Positions 9,727 to 21,243 of a DNA stretch of 64,000 nucleotides are shown piece after piece. The stretch is from Thermodesulfobacteriota bacterium (lineage in GTDB: Bacteria > Desulfobacterota_D > UBA1144 > Nemesobacterales > UBA2774): contig OY729416.1 in assembly GCA_963422265.1 (NCBI GenBank), forward strand, positions 1,696,001-1,760,000, read 5' to 3'. Every line of letters starts with the position of its first letter. The stretch's first letter is position 1. Made by a program: the position numbers and the translations under genes. Below the pieces are notes generated by a model. That model was not told the origin of the DNA. It did not search any database and was given only the letters and a program-made list of their open reading frames with translations.

Positions 9727-12636
9727 ATGGTCGGCAAACTTAACTGCGCGTTGAAATCTATAAAAATAACTGGGGCGAGAGAGCACAACCTAAAAGATAT
9801 TTCCCTTGAGCTTCCCAGGGGTAAATTAGTCGTGATAACTGGGGTCAGTGGTTCCGGCAAATCTTCCCTGGCGTTTGATACTATATTCTCCGAGGGTCAG
9901 AGAAGGTATATGGAATCCCTTTCTGCCTATGCGAGGCAGTTCGTAGAGAAAACGGATAAGCCTGACCTAGATGCTATAGAGGGGCTTTCCCCATCTATAG
10001 CGGTTGATCAAAAGACCTTTCAGAGAAACCCTCGCTCGACCGTAGGCACTACAACTGAGATATACGATTTTCTAAGGCTCTTATTCGCCCGAATTGGCAA
10101 GCCCTACTGTTATGGCTGCGGGGCGGATATACACGTCCCTGCGTCTCCACAGGGATCAGCTCAGGGAATAGAAAAAATGGCGTCACGCGTGGTTGCTGCG
10201 CTTGGAAGGAACGAGAAGGCTTATATATTCTCGCCCATTGTTCAGGGCAGGAAGGGCGAGTATAGGAAAGAGCTGGAAGAGCTTAGAAAGGATGGGTTCG
10301 TAAAGGTTAGAATAGACGGCGAGCTTCGGGATTTAGACGAAGATATAAAGCTCAGTAGGCATAAAAAGCACACTATAGAAATCTTAATAGACGTCATACT
10401 AATTCGCGACTCTGGAAAAGACGTTATGGGCAGGATAGTCGAATCGTTGAGGATGGCGCTAAAACGCTCCGGCGGGACGGTGATCGTAGAGAGCGGGAAA
10501 CGTATAGACGCCCCCGAGCAGGGAGGCGAAGTATTGAATTTTAGCGAGAAACTCAATTGTCCAAAGTGCGAAATAAGCTATAGGGAAATCTCCCCTCGAC
10601 TCTTTTCCTTTAACAGCCCTTATGGCTCGTGTTCTGACTGTCACGGCATAGGAGAGACATCTTATTGTGAGCCTGAGCTTTGCATAGACGAGGAGGCGTC
10701 AATTGCCAACGGGGCTATAATCCCATGGGCGAATTCTGATTATTTTAATAAGTTGATAAAAAACCTAGCTGAGACCTTCGAAATTAGTCTGAATACACCG
10801 TTCAAAGACCTTTCGGCTAAGGCAAAAAAGTTGATAATACACGGCTCTAGTGGCAAGAACGTAACCTTTCACAGAAAAGGCAATAGTAAGATTTTAGGGT
10901 ATCAAGGCAATTATGTGGGGGTCGTAGGAATTATCTCGCACTGGTATCGCGAGACCGAATCCTCTCACGTGAGGGAAAAGCTATCTCAGTATATGAGAGT
11001 TACTAGCTGCAACTCGTGTCAAGGCTCAAGGCTCAACAAGCAGGCTCTATCGGTATTGATAGAAGACCGGTCTATACACAACGTAAACAAAATGTCAGTT
11101 GACGAGTGCTTAGAGTTTTTTCAGAACGTCGGTTTTACCAAAAGACAGCGTGAGATAGCCGACAGAATAGTCAGAGAGATACATTCAAGGCTGACCTTTC
11201 TAGTTGACGTTGGTCTTGGATACCTAACGCTCAACCGCTCGGCGCCCACGCTGTCGGGGGGCGAGGCTCAAAGGATAAGGCTAGCTACACAGGTAGGCTC
11301 AAAGCTCACCGGGATAACCTACGTGTTAGACGAGCCGACGGTAGGGCTTCACGCAAGGGACAACCTACGACTTATCAAAACGCTCAAATCGCTGAGAGAC
11401 GCGGGGAACACGGTAATAGTGGTAGAGCATGACGAAGAAACGATTAGGAGCGCCGATTACATAATTGATGTAGGACCTGGGGCAGGAGAGAAGGGCGGAA
11501 AAATCGTTGCGGAGGGGGGCGTAAAGGAATTAGCTAGACGGCGAGAGTCACTTACCGGAAGCTATTTGTCTCGCAATCTAAGCATCCCTGCGCCTCTGGA
11601 ACGAAGAAAACCTAAGGGATTTATATCCATAAAGGGAGCGTCAGAGCACAACCTAAAGAATGTGGACGTAGCCTTTCCGATAGGAGTGTTCACCTGCGTT
11701 ACGGGGGTTTCTGGCTCAGGGAAAAGCACGTTAGTTTTAGAGACGCTTTTTAACGTGCTTAACAACAAACTTTATCACGGTAAGAAAACGGTGGGAGCTT
11801 ATAAGGCTATTAGCGGGGAAGATAATATAAACAAAGTCGCCCACGTAGAGCAGACCCCCATTGGTAGAACTCCAAGGTCTAACCCCGCAACCTACACGGG
11901 TATCTTCTCGCCAATACGCGAGCTTTTTTCGATGCTCCCCCAGGCGAACGCAAAGGGATACGAACCGGGCAGGTTTAGCTTTAACGTCAAGGACGGCAGG
12001 TGCGCGGCTTGCTTAGGGCACGGGGTCGTTAAGATAGAGATGCACTTTCTACCAGACGTTTACGTTACCTGCGAGCGCTGTGGCGGGAGCAGATACAATT
12101 CCGAGACGCTCAAGGTAAAGTATAAGGGTAAAAGTATTGCGGAAGTACTGAATATGACGGTCAGAGAGGCTAGCGAGTTTTTTCAGAACGTTCCTCATAT
12201 CAAGTCCAAGCTAGAAGTCCTAGAAGCTGTTGGACTAGAATACATAAGGCTTGGGCAGCCAGCGACCACCCTATCCGGTGGAGAATCTCAAAGGATTAAG
12301 CTGTCAAAAGAACTCGCCAGACGCCAGACGGGAAAGACGCTTTATATAATTGACGAGCCGACGATAGGACTTCATTTCGAGGACGTAAAAAAGCTTCTTC
12401 TAATAATTCAGCAATTAGTCAAAGCAGGCAACAGCGTAATAGTAATAGAACATAACCTTGACGTGATCAAGTGCGCCGATTATGTAATTGACATGGGACC
12501 CGAAGGTGGTGAGGCAGGAGGAATGATTATAGCTAGTGGAACTCCAGAAGAGGTAGCCGAGGTAGGCAAGTCCTATACTGGGAGATTCCTAAAGGAAATC
12601 CTGAATAAAGAAGTCGTTGACAAGAGGATTCATTAG
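9727..12636 (+). CDS. uvrA: Excinuclease ABC subunit A
   Basis: GAREHNLK, two GVSGSGKS Walker A motifs, LSGGE signatures, zinc fingers. The start could be TTG 9751. Confidence 0.98.
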   Translation: MVGKLNCALKSIKITGAREHNLKDISLELPRGKLVVITGVSGSGKSSLAFDTIFSEGQRRYMESLSAYARQFVEKTDKPDLDAIEGLSPSIAVDQKTFQRNPRSTVGTTTEIYDFLRLLFARIGKPYCYGCGADIHVPASPQGSAQGIEKMASRVVAALGRNEKAYIFSPIVQGRKGEYRKELEELRKDGFVKVRIDGELRDLDEDIKLSRHKKHTIEILIDVILIRDSGKDVMGRIVESLRMALKRSGGTVIVESGKRIDAPEQGGEVLNFSEKLNCPKCEISYREISPRLFSFNSPYGSCSDCHGIGETSYCEPELCIDEEASIANGAIIPWANSDYFNKLIKNLAETFEISLNTPFKDLSAKAKKLIIHGSSGKNVTFHRKGNSKILGYQGNYVGVVGIISHWYRETESSHVREKLSQYMRVTSCNSCQGSRLNKQALSVLIEDRSIHNVNKMSVDECLEFFQNVGFTKRQREIADRIVREIHSRLTFLVDVGLGYLTLNRSAPTLSGGEAQRIRLATQVGSKLTGITYVLDEPTVGLHARDNLRLIKTLKSLRDAGNTVIVVEHDEETIRSADYIIDVGPGAGEKGGKIVAEGGVKELARRRESLTGSYLSRNLSIPAPLERRKPKGFISIKGASEHNLKNVDVAFPIGVFTCVTGVSGSGKSTLVLETLFNVLNNKLYHGKKTVGAYKAISGEDNINKVAHVEQTPIGRTPRSNPATYTGIFSPIRELFSMLPQANAKGYEPGRFSFNVKDGRCAACLGHGVVKIEMHFLPDVYVTCERCGGSRYNSETLKVKYKGKSIAEVLNMTVREASEFFQNVPHIKSKLEVLEAVGLEYIRLGQPATTLSGGESQRIKLSKELARRQTGKTLYIIDEPTIGLHFEDVKKLLLIIQQLVKAGNSVIVIEHNLDVIKCADYVIDMGPEGGEAGGMIIASGTPEEVAEVGKSYTGRFLKEILNKEVVDKRIH

Positions 12637-13437
12637 TTGAGCCTACTTGAGTCTATCATCTTAGGTGCTATACAAGGGATCACCGAATTTTTCCCCGTAA
12701 GCAGCACGGCACATCTCGCGCTTTTACCATGGTTCTTCTCATGGAAAGATCAGGGGTTGCCTTTTAACGTGGCGCTACACGTTGGAAGCTTTATGGCGAT
12801 AATCTATTACTTCTGGCGGGACTGGGTTAATATAGTAGTCGAGTTCGTTCAGGGAGTTTTCAAGAGAAGCTTTGTCGGACTTCCTAACGGTAGGATCGGT
12901 TTATTTATAATTATATCGACCGCGCCTGGAGTCGGAGCTGGACTCTTATTTGAGGAGCAGGCGGCGGGGCTTTTAAGACACCCGCTGTCAATTGCGCTTG
13001 CCCTTTCATTCTTCGGAATTCTGCTTTATATCTCGGATAAAATTTCAAGGCACCACAAATCCTTGCAAGATATGAATCTGACTGACTGCTTACTGATAGG
13101 ACTCTGTCAGGCTTTCGCCATCATACCCGGCGTGTCTCGCTCTGGGGTTACTATAACAGGCGCTATGCTAAGAAACCTTAGCAGGGAGGAAGCGGCAAAA
13201 TTTTCCTTTTTGCTAGGTGCTCCCCTTATAGCGGGTGCGGGTATATTTCAGTCAAGTTACCTTGAACGCTCGACCGTATTAAGCCTTCCCTTTATCGCGG
13301 GCGTTCTCGCATCCGCCGTATTCGCCTTTCTTGCCATTAAATACCTTATCAAGTTCGTCAGGAAGAGAAGCTACGCCCCCTTTGTCGTCTATCGTTTGGT
13401 CCTAGCTGTGGTAATTTCCGTTTTATATCTAAGTTAG
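12637..13437 (+). CDS. uppP: Undecaprenyl-diphosphate phosphatase
   Basis: QGITEFFPVSSTAH, PGVSRSG, REEAAKFSFLL. Confidence 0.95.
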   Translation: MSLLESIILGAIQGITEFFPVSSTAHLALLPWFFSWKDQGLPFNVALHVGSFMAIIYYFWRDWVNIVVEFVQGVFKRSFVGLPNGRIGLFIIISTAPGVGAGLLFEEQAAGLLRHPLSIALALSFFGILLYISDKISRHHKSLQDMNLTDCLLIGLCQAFAIIPGVSRSGVTITGAMLRNLSREEAAKFSFLLGAPLIAGAGIFQSSYLERSTVLSLPFIAGVLASAVFAFLAIKYLIKFVRKRSYAPFVVYRLVLAVVISVLYLS

Positions 13438-13464
13438 TAGTTTCACGTAGAGGTGAGAGCGCTT

Positions 13465-14470
13465 CTGTCATTCCCGCCCCCACCTGTCCCCGTAGTTTCC
13501 TGCTTAATACATGCAGGAACACGCTTTTGAGCGGGGAACTGGGAATCCAGAAATGGGTTCGGCAGTCCCACTAAACAGGGAGTAGGGAAACATGATCCCT
13601 TCCTCACACATTCCCCCCTTTAGATAAAAGGGGGATACAGGAGGATTTGATAGAACATCGGGGAAGATCAATCCTCCCTTATCTCCCACATCACCCCCTG
13701 TCATTTCGTAGGTGTAACCCTTGTGGTTACCCTCGCCTTCACGCCTTAGGGCGACTACAAGGGTCGCCCCTACACCACACCCCCAGTTATTCCCAATTCT
13801 ATCGGGAATCCAGAAATGGGTCCGGCAGACCCTCCAACCAGGGAGTAGGGAAACGTGAAACCTTACTCACACATTCCCCCTTTAGAAAAGGGGGATACAG
13901 GGGGATTTGATAGAACATCAGGGAAGATCAATCCTCCCTTATCTCCCACATCACCCCCTGTCATTTCGTAGGTGTAACCCTTGTGGTTACCCTCGCCTTC
14001 ACGCCTTAGGGCGACTACAAGGGTCGCCCCTACACCACACCCCCAGTTATTCCCAATTCTATCGGGAATCCAGAAATGGGTCCGGCAGACCCACCAACCA
14101 GGGAGTAGGGAAACGTGAAACCTTACTCACACATTCCCCCTTTAGAAAAGGGGGATACAGGGGGATTTGATAGAACATCAGGGAAGATCAATCATTCCTT
14201 ATCTCCCACATCACCCACACCATCATTTCGTAGAGGTAATCCCCTTGTGGTTACCCTCGCCTTCACGCCTTAGGGCGACTACAAGGGTCGCCCCTACACC
14301 ACACCCCCAGTTATTCCCAATTCTATCGGGAATCCAGAAATGGGTCCGGCAGGCTCACCAACCAGGGAGTCAGGGAAACGTGATCCCTTACTCACACATT
14401 CCCCCTTTAGAAAAGGGGGATACAGGGGGATTTGATAAGGCGTTGGGGAACGAAAATTCTTCCTTTCCTT
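13465..14470. repeat. REP mosaic including ~3 tandem copies of a ~260-bp composite unit
   Basis: Near-identical blocks start at ~13647, 13907 and 14167. The same unit occurs reverse-complemented near 56130-56360 and 59010-59290. Confidence 0.92.
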
Positions 14471-14713
14471 AACTCTAAGGATATTGTAAAGAAAGTAGCT
14501 TGTGATAATGGACTACCTATTTCTGAGATGTTCACAATGTTTTCGATTTTATTGAGGGACGTCATAATGAAGGAAAAAGGGTTCATCCACTGGGATGAAG
14601 AGTAAGGTTGCACTGATAATACTTATCATCAAGGGTTCGTTCGAGTTAGACTAGAACTGGTCCAAATGTTCAGGCATATTATTATTATCTCAGTGTAGTA
14701 GTGAGGGGGAGAG

Positions 14714-15112
14714 ATGCAGCAATTACAACATGAAGAAGAGAATGCCCTTCAAGGGTTTCGAGCTTATCAACCGGACAAGAGGGAGGAACCCCAGATAGAG
14801 GAGAAGGAGATGGGTGAATCATTGAGAATAGAAATAAAAAAAGACTTTCAAAGGATAGAAGATAAGTTTGAGAAGAGGTTTGAGAAAGTTGACGCTGAGT
14901 TTAAAGAAGTCAGAAAGGAGATGTCGGCGGGATTCACTGAAGTCAGAAAAGAGACAGCAGCAGGATTTAGTGAAATAAATACCAAGATAGCGGCAGTAGA
15001 TAAAACCGTTAGTGAGAAATTTGGGGAACTGTATAAGTGGCAAGTTGGGATTTTGCTTAGCATTCTTATTAGTATGATTCTTTTGATATTTAGGGACGTG
15101 ATAATAAGATAA
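14714..15112 (+). CDS. Coiled-coil membrane-anchored protein (DUF1640/CCDC90-like)
   Basis: 11-residue periodicity (AEFKEVRKEMS AGFTEVRKETA AGFSEINTKIA), KW followed by a C-terminal hydrophobic helix; G-rich RBS. Confidence 0.7.
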   Translation: MQQLQHEEENALQGFRAYQPDKREEPQIEEKEMGESLRIEIKKDFQRIEDKFEKRFEKVDAEFKEVRKEMSAGFTEVRKETAAGFSEINTKIAAVDKTVSEKFGELYKWQVGILLSILISMILLIFRDVIIR

Positions 15113-15480
15113 TTACCTCTCCTCGCTCTGCGACTCTCTCCCTGTTTCTAAAGGTTCGCCACAACCAAGGATAAGAAGAATAGGAAAATTCTCGTTCCCC
15201 GACCCACTCGGTTGGTGAGCCTGCCAAACCATTTCTGGATTTCCGCTTTCACGGGAATGACGTCTCTTGACCTACCGCATATTACACTGATCCGCCGAGT
15301 TTTCGCATACGGAATGGGGATCGGGGAGTAGAAACCTTCCTATGCAATCCCCCTTTAGATAAAAGGGGGAAAACAGGGGGATTTGAAAAGCTACGCTCGA
15401 TTATGTTCAAATAGGGTCTAAAAGAATGCTGCAATGTTCTTGGATTTGATATAAGGAAAAAATATAGGGAGAGAACTTTC

Positions 15481-17130
15481 ATGATAGGGCATCTTAGTAG
15501 TGAATCAAAAAAGATCCTAACAAAACACGTGATGAGAATATGCCTCTGTTGCGCTTTGTTAGTGTCGTTTTATTTGGCGGGGTGCGCTGCGATCGAGGCT
15601 GAACAACCCTTGGATAAGTTCAGGATAATGCCTTACCAGCTCTCTAAAAATGCAGTTACGAATTCTTCCGGCTATCTTCAGCCTTCATTAGAAGGAGTCA
15701 AAATTGTTCCTATTATCTCCGCAGGAGAAAAAGCTCGCAATGGGTATCGTATGGCTGGCATACCTGATGGACTTGGGATACTAGATAATGGAGATGATAC
15801 GATGACCGTTTACATGCACCATGAACTTTATGGTAACCAAGGCGTTAAGCGCACTCATGGCGGCAAGGGAGCTTTTATTTCCAAGTGGGTCATTACGAAG
15901 CCTCAGCATATAAAAGGGGGCTTTAAGGTTCTCAGCGGTGAGGACGCCATTAAGGAACTTTATCTATGGGATACCAAAGATCGGCGACACAAACTTTCCA
16001 AACAAGAAGCCCTTTATAGACTTTGTTCAGCGGACCTGCCTAAACAGGATGCCCTTCTTGATGGAAAGCTTGGGACACGCGAGAGGATTTTGTTGGGAGG
16101 AGAAGAAAGGAACGCATTTTATAAAGGGGACGGCATGTATGGGAGAGCCTTAGCCACTGTTCTCACGGGTGCGCATGCGGGGGAAACTTATGAACTGCCA
16201 GATTTTGGGAATATGTCTTTTGAAAATATCGTCGCCTCACCTTATCCGCAAGCCAAAACAATCGCCATTGCGCTTGATGACGCGGCAGGTAGAAGTCTGG
16301 ATACCTTAGGGGAGGTTTACGTCTATGTTGGTGAGAAACGATTTAAGGGTAATCCTGTTAAGCGAGCGGGGTTAATCGGTGGAAGACTTTATGGTGTTGC
16401 CGTTGAGGGTCTTCCGCTTGAGGATAAGTCTTTGGGGATTACGCAGAGCGCAGGACGGTTTAATCTGAAACTCATTGATCAGAAGGCTATCAAGCGGGAC
16501 AAAGGTAAGTCTTTGTTTGAACTCACTAAGGTAAACAATAATCTTGGGATTACTAAATTCTTTAGGCCAGAGGATGGCGACTGGCATCAAAATAAAGTCA
16601 ATACGTTTTATTTTGTAACAACGGGCAGTTACGGAGCTCCCGGTCGGCTTTGGGCGCTTCATTTTGAAGATATTAGAAATCCGGAGAAAGGTGGGGCAAT
16701 TGAGTTGCTCCTCAATGGTAAAGAGGGCGTGGTTAATCCGGATAATATCACAACCTCGTATGATGGCACTGTTCTCATTCAAGAAGATAGAGGAAAAAGT
16801 CCAGAGCTGTCTAAAATTTGGCGGTTTAATCCCAAGACCAAGAGATTGTCGGAAATCGCAGTATTTGATGAGAAGTTGTTTGGGAAAGATGGGAAGAGAA
16901 GATATGGACACATTACCAACAACGAAGAGTCTTCGGGGATCATTGACGCCAGCGGGGTTTTAGGGAGAGGTTGGTTTCTGGCGACTGTCCAGTCTCACGT
17001 TTGGTTAGACCGAGAAGAAGACAGTTATCATCGTTTGAGGCTTGGTTTGGATTTGAAAGCGGGTAAAGAAGTTGTGGAGGATGGGCAATTGATTGCTATT
17101 TATATCCCGCCGCTGGATGTCTGCGAATGA
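15481..17130 (+). CDS. PhoX/DUF839-like secreted phosphatase, predicted lipoprotein
   Basis: Lipobox LAGC; MAGIPDGLG, MHHEL, FENIVA, FFRPEDG, NPDNIT, LIQED, ESSGIID, TVQSH. Confidence 0.75.
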   Translation: MIGHLSSESKKILTKHVMRICLCCALLVSFYLAGCAAIEAEQPLDKFRIMPYQLSKNAVTNSSGYLQPSLEGVKIVPIISAGEKARNGYRMAGIPDGLGILDNGDDTMTVYMHHELYGNQGVKRTHGGKGAFISKWVITKPQHIKGGFKVLSGEDAIKELYLWDTKDRRHKLSKQEALYRLCSADLPKQDALLDGKLGTRERILLGGEERNAFYKGDGMYGRALATVLTGAHAGETYELPDFGNMSFENIVASPYPQAKTIAIALDDAAGRSLDTLGEVYVYVGEKRFKGNPVKRAGLIGGRLYGVAVEGLPLEDKSLGITQSAGRFNLKLIDQKAIKRDKGKSLFELTKVNNNLGITKFFRPEDGDWHQNKVNTFYFVTTGSYGAPGRLWALHFEDIRNPEKGGAIELLLNGKEGVVNPDNITTSYDGTVLIQEDRGKSPELSKIWRFNPKTKRLSEIAVFDEKLFGKDGKRRYGHITNNEESSGIIDASGVLGRGWFLATVQSHVWLDREEDSYHRLRLGLDLKAGKEVVEDGQLIAIYIPPLDVCE

Positions 17131-17169
17131 GATGGATTAGGTGTGGTTGCCATGCCAAGCAAGCAGGTC

Positions 17170-18778
17170 AAAGGTTCTATTCCCCTGTCCGTCATTCCTG
17201 CGGAATCATCTTCCTGTGTGTATTAAGCCATGTCCTCAACTTTCGATTAGGGATGGAGGATAAGGAAGGGACTCTCATTTCTCTACGTCCTATCAAATCC
17301 CCCCGTATCCCCCTTTTCTAAAGGGGGAGTATGTGAGGAATGTTTTCGTTCCTCGACCCTCTTACTGTATTCCTGCTCGGGGGTAGGAATGGCGGAAATG
17401 CCATCCTCTACCCAGGGAGAGAAAGTCTGAACTGTGATTTGTAGGGTGGAATGATGAGCCATGATTAAAAGAACAAATCCCCCTGTATCCCCCTTTTCTA
17501 AAGGGGGAGAAGGAGATATTCCCCTCCTTTTGTAAAGGAGGGTTAGGGTGGATTTTCTTTTTGTTTGTACGAGGGGGACGACCCTAGCGATGTCCTGAGT
17601 GGTCAGTGTATCATCCTGAGTTTACCGAAGGTAGCATAGCCGAACTGCCTGCCGAAGGACGATGTGCTGAGCTTGTTGAAGGATGGTTGTTCCAAGTCGT
17701 GAAGGTGATGGGTAACCACAAGGGTTACCCCTACGAAAAGATGGGAGGGATGGGAATAGCTTTTGTTTCCCGACGCTTATCAAATCCCCCTATATCCCCC
17801 TTTTCTAAAGGGGGAGTATGTGAGGAATGTTTTCGTTCCTAGACCCTCTACTGTATTCCTGCTCGGAGACAAGAATGACAGAAACACCCTCACTCTGTGT
17901 CCCTCTTCCAGAGGGAGAGGGAGAAAAGACAAGATTTCTCGGTTGTGCTTTGTCATTAGGCAAGATCAGGAGTTAGAAAGGATATTCCCCTCCTTTTGTA
18001 AAGGCAAAGAAAAGGTAACCACAAGGGTTACCCCTACAAGTTAAGGAATCCAAAGGGGGTGGGGGTAGGTAGGCAAGGAAGGAATTCGTGTTCCTCGACG
18101 CTTATCAAATCCCCCCGTATCCCCCTTTTCTAAAGGGGGAGAAGGAGATATTACCCTCCTTTTGTAAAGGAGGGTTAGGGTGGATTTTCTTTTTGTTTGT
18201 AGGGGCGACTCTTGTAGTCGCCCTGAGTGGTCAGTGTATCATCCTGAGTTTACCGAAGGTAGCATAGCCGAACTGCCTGCCGAAGGGGCAATGTCCTGAA
18301 CCTGTTGGAGGATTGTTACCCTAAGGCGCGCAAGGATTGGGTAACCACAAGGGTTACCTCTACGAAAAGATGGGAGGGATGGGAATAGCTTTTGTTTCCC
18401 GACGCTTATCAAATCCCCCTATATCCCCCTTTTCTAAAGGGGGAGTATGTGAGGAATGTTTTCGTTCCTCGACCCTCTTACTGTATTCCCACTCGGGGGT
18501 AGGAATGGCGGAAATGCCATCCTCTACCCAGGGAGAGAAAGTCTGAACTGTGATTTGTAGGGTGGAATGATGAGCCATGATTAAAAGAACAAATCCCCCT
18601 ATATCCCCCTTTTCTAAAGGGGGAGAAGGAGAAATTCCCCTCCTTTTGTAAAGGAGGGATAGGGTGGATTTTCTTTGTGTTTGTAGGAGGGGGACCCTAG
18701 CGATGTCCTGACCTTGTTGAAGGATGGGTCTCGTTCTAAGGCAAAGGAAAGGGTAATCACAAGGGTTACCCCTACAAC
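17170..18778. repeat. Long REP mosaic with internal direct duplications
   Basis: Multiple AAATCCCCC..CCCCCTTTTCTAAAGGGGG, GGTAACCACAAGGGTTACCCCTAC and CCCTCCTTTTGTAAAGGAGG modules; ~17290-17550 matches ~18408-18670. Confidence 0.9.
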
Positions 18779-18814
18779 AAAAAAAGGGGATAGGCTATTT
18801 AACAACCTATCCCC
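18779..18814 (-). terminator. Intrinsic terminator
   Basis: GGGGATAGG-loop-CCTATCCCC followed by a T run on the minus strand, downstream of 18866-19771. Confidence 0.8.
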
Positions 18815-18865
18815 CTACTAATTGTTACTATTCGTAATTACTCTTAATTACTTGTTAGCTACTAC

Positions 18866-19771
18866 TTACTTCTCAAACCTTCTCCACAGCCTACCAACTA
18901 AGATAAAAGCCGGGATTAGAAGATATGCGACTGGGAAGGAAGAGCTAGAGCTTCCAGATGACGCCAAGGCGCATCCAGAATCACCTTTGGGCCCGGAACC
19001 CCCTGGTTCTCCATGCTCACCGTCAACTCCGTCAACTCCGTCAACTCCAGGACGTCCATCGCGCACTTTCACACTATTAGCGGCCGTTTGCACTGCAGAA
19101 ACATTATCATCTATAGCCGTTTCCGCTAATATTTCGTCGGTCTCCTTATTCCTAATGCAAACTGAATCATCACCACTACAAGCATCATCTATATCCCTGA
19201 GTGTCGTTACCGGTTTATCATTAACATCCTTCACATCATCACGAACAATTACGCTTCCGTCTTCAGCCTCAACCACTATTTGAATAACTTCACTACCAGG
19301 GGCTTCCGCGTTAGGCTCCGCATTCGCCGTAAGCTTTTTCAAATTTCCTAGAGGAACAAAGAAACCTTCAGGAAGCGGCAGGGAAGATACACTCTTCAAC
19401 CCCATACCCTCTTGGCTCGTCTCAGTCGCAGCATCACTTACCCGACTAGCCTTCGTATCTACCTCAAGTTCCGTTATAAAGTCTCCACCCCCGAGCGTAT
19501 CGCCATCTAGTGATTTCTTAAATGCTGTAACCTCTACTTTAACTTCACCATCCGCCTCACATATTTGGTCTCCCGTGACCATCGTACCATCGTCGGTGAC
19601 TTTAATGACAGATACACTGGCTGTTGGATCCCCATCAGTCTTCCATGCACCTGCCACAAACTTTCCATCATCATCACAAAGTACCGCTTCGGCTGTAGGT
19701 GCTAGAATGAACAAACTACACAATAAAAAGCTAAAAACCCCTATCCCCAACGCAATGCTACGTTTACGCAT
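18866..19771 (-). CDS. Variable surface protein family A, copy 1 (signal peptide, variable core, collagen-like stalk, GC-TM-RR tail)
   Basis: Signal ending AEA; Gly-X-Y run GRPGVDGVDGVDGEHGEPGGSGPKGD; tail SGCALASSGSSSSSFPVAYLLIPAFILVGRLWRR; GGAGG RBS. Confidence 0.85.
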   Translation of the reverse strand: MRKRSIALGIGVFSFLLCSLFILAPTAEAVLCDDDGKFVAGAWKTDGDPTASVSVIKVTDDGTMVTGDQICEADGEVKVEVTAFKKSLDGDTLGGGDFITELEVDTKASRVSDAATETSQEGMGLKSVSSLPLPEGFFVPLGNLKKLTANAEPNAEAPGSEVIQIVVEAEDGSVIVRDDVKDVNDKPVTTLRDIDDACSGDDSVCIRNKETDEILAETAIDDNVSAVQTAANSVKVRDGRPGVDGVDGVDGEHGEPGGSGPKGDSGCALASSGSSSSSFPVAYLLIPAFILVGRLWRRFEK

Positions 19772-19890
19772 TTTTTACTACCTCCTCCAAGAATGAATTA
19801 TGTTTTTTACCTCTCATTACCCTTGCTACTTGCTCTGAAACCGCCCTGTCCAATAATGCTTGCTAAATACGCTTATCAAGGATTAACGAG
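19772..19890 (-). repeat. Conserved ~120-bp 5' leader of family A (also at 21290-21420 on + and 34445-34560 on -)
   Basis: gttaatccttgataagcgtatttagcaagcatta ... gaggtaaaaaacataattcattctt.gaggaggtagtaaaa is shared by three loci. Confidence 0.9.
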
Positions 19891-19934
19891 GGAATAAGGA
19901 GGCATCTTAGGGAGCTATTAAGGTGTTGCGGGGG

Positions 19935-20155
19935 GATTTATGTAAGGAAGGGACTCTCGTTCCCTGATGCCTATCAAATCCCCCTGTATCCCCCTTTTCT
20001 AAAGGGGGAGTATATGAGGAATGTTTTCGTTCCCCGATATCCTATCAAATCCCCCTGTGTCCCTCTTTTCTAAAGGGGGAGTGTATGAGGAATGTTTTCG
20101 TTCCCCGACGCCTATCAAATCCCCCTGTGTCCCTCTTTTCTAAAGGGGGATACAT
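19935..20155. repeat. Three ~70-bp REP units
   Basis: TATCAAATCCCCCTGTRTCCCYCTTTTCTAAAGGGGGA three times. Confidence 0.88.
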
Positions 20156-20207
20156 AGAGATGAAGAAGTGGAATTATAATATAGACGAGGCGCAAGGAGT
20201 GAAGATT

Positions 20208-20362
20208 ATGAGCCCTGAATTTGAGAAAGTGTTAGATACCAGAGTTTCTAATCTTGAGGATAGGATGGTGAATATAGAGACCGACATCAAAGAAATTAAG
20301 GCTTAATAGTTTGGCTGATAAGATAGACAACAACTTCAAATGGCTAGTAGGCATAGGGAAAC
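20208..20362 (+). pseudogene. Remnant of a small coiled-coil membrane-anchored protein
   Basis: AAGGAG + ATG; MSPEFEKVLDTRVSNLEDRMVNIETDIKEIKA stop, then IDNNFKWLVGIG in another frame. Confidence 0.5.
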
Positions 20363-20661
20363 GATAAAATAAATCCTTGACAAGTTTTGATAACTGGCGT
20401 TACAATCAGAACTGTTAATAGGGTGGCTTAGGAGAGACGCCATGCCTAGTTATAGTATTTATTGGACTGATTAGGATGAACCAGTGTGCTTGCGAGAATT
20501 GCTGATAATAATCAAGTATCTAAAGAAGAAACTGTAGATAGGATTTTTACACTACTTGGCGTTGTGCCTTTAGCAACCCTATTGTTTTGCAAAAAACAGT
20601 AACTAATTAAAGAATTAATAGAAATATGTTATAATTTTTACAAGCGATAAGGGGGCAAGAG

Positions 20662-20904
20662 ATGTCAGATACTTTCAATATCGTTGCAAGTTGGGATATT
20701 GAGGCTTCAGTTTGGGTTGCTACCAGTGATGATGTTATTGGACTTGTAGCTGAAGCTCCTACAGTTGAAAAACTGTTGGAAAAACTCAAAATCCTTATTC
20801 CAGAATTACTTGAGCTCAATCATTCTATTCTAGAAGAGAAACGCTCCCAAATCTCTATGCTTTTATCAAGAGTCATTTCAATGCAAGAACTTCAAATAGC
20901 TTAA
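20662..20904 (+). CDS. HicB-like antitoxin (DUF1902)
   Basis: WDIEASVWVATSDDVIGLVAEAPTVEKL...IPELLELN; adjacent hicA-like gene. Confidence 0.85.
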   Translation: MSDTFNIVASWDIEASVWVATSDDVIGLVAEAPTVEKLLEKLKILIPELLELNHSILEEKRSQISMLLSRVISMQELQIA

Positions 20905-20909
20905 CTTTT

Positions 20910-21104
20910 GTGGCTAATTATACAGAAGATTTGAAAAGAATTCTTCGCAAGGAAGGGTGTTACTTTAAGCATCAGGGTAAAGGCGACCATGAAATCTGGT
21001 AAAGTCCCAAATCTGACCGATATTTTCCAGTTGACAATGCAATCAAATCTCGTCATACAGCAAATAAAATTCTAAAACAAGCAGGGCTAAAAAAAGCCTT
21101 TTAG
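20910..21104 (+). pseudogene. hicA: HicA-family toxin with an internal stop
   Basis: Manual translation MANYTEDLKRILRKEGCYFKHQGKGDHEIW*SPKSDRYFPVDNAIKSRHTANKILKQAGLKKAF; TAA at 21000-21002; GKGDHE motif. Confidence 0.85.
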
Positions 21105-21243
21105 CTGGCAATTTATCACTCATCTTACTTGATTGGTAGAAATATGTTATAATTTATAAGTAATCTAAGTAATAAGGAGGTGAAAAAAGGATTCCCCAGC
21201 TTTAATTAATGAGCATCCGTTGTAAATTATTTGTGTAAATCAC

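Noticed and set aside
13440-13455. parS site (GTTTCACGT...)
   Set aside because: Only half of the TGTTTCACGTGAAACA palindrome matches.
14475-14650. Possible gene remnant
   Set aside because: No convincing frame or recognisable motif on either strand.
21000-21002. Stop-codon recoding in hicA
   Set aside because: The codon is TAA, which ends many normal genes here; a nonsense mutation or base-call error is simpler.
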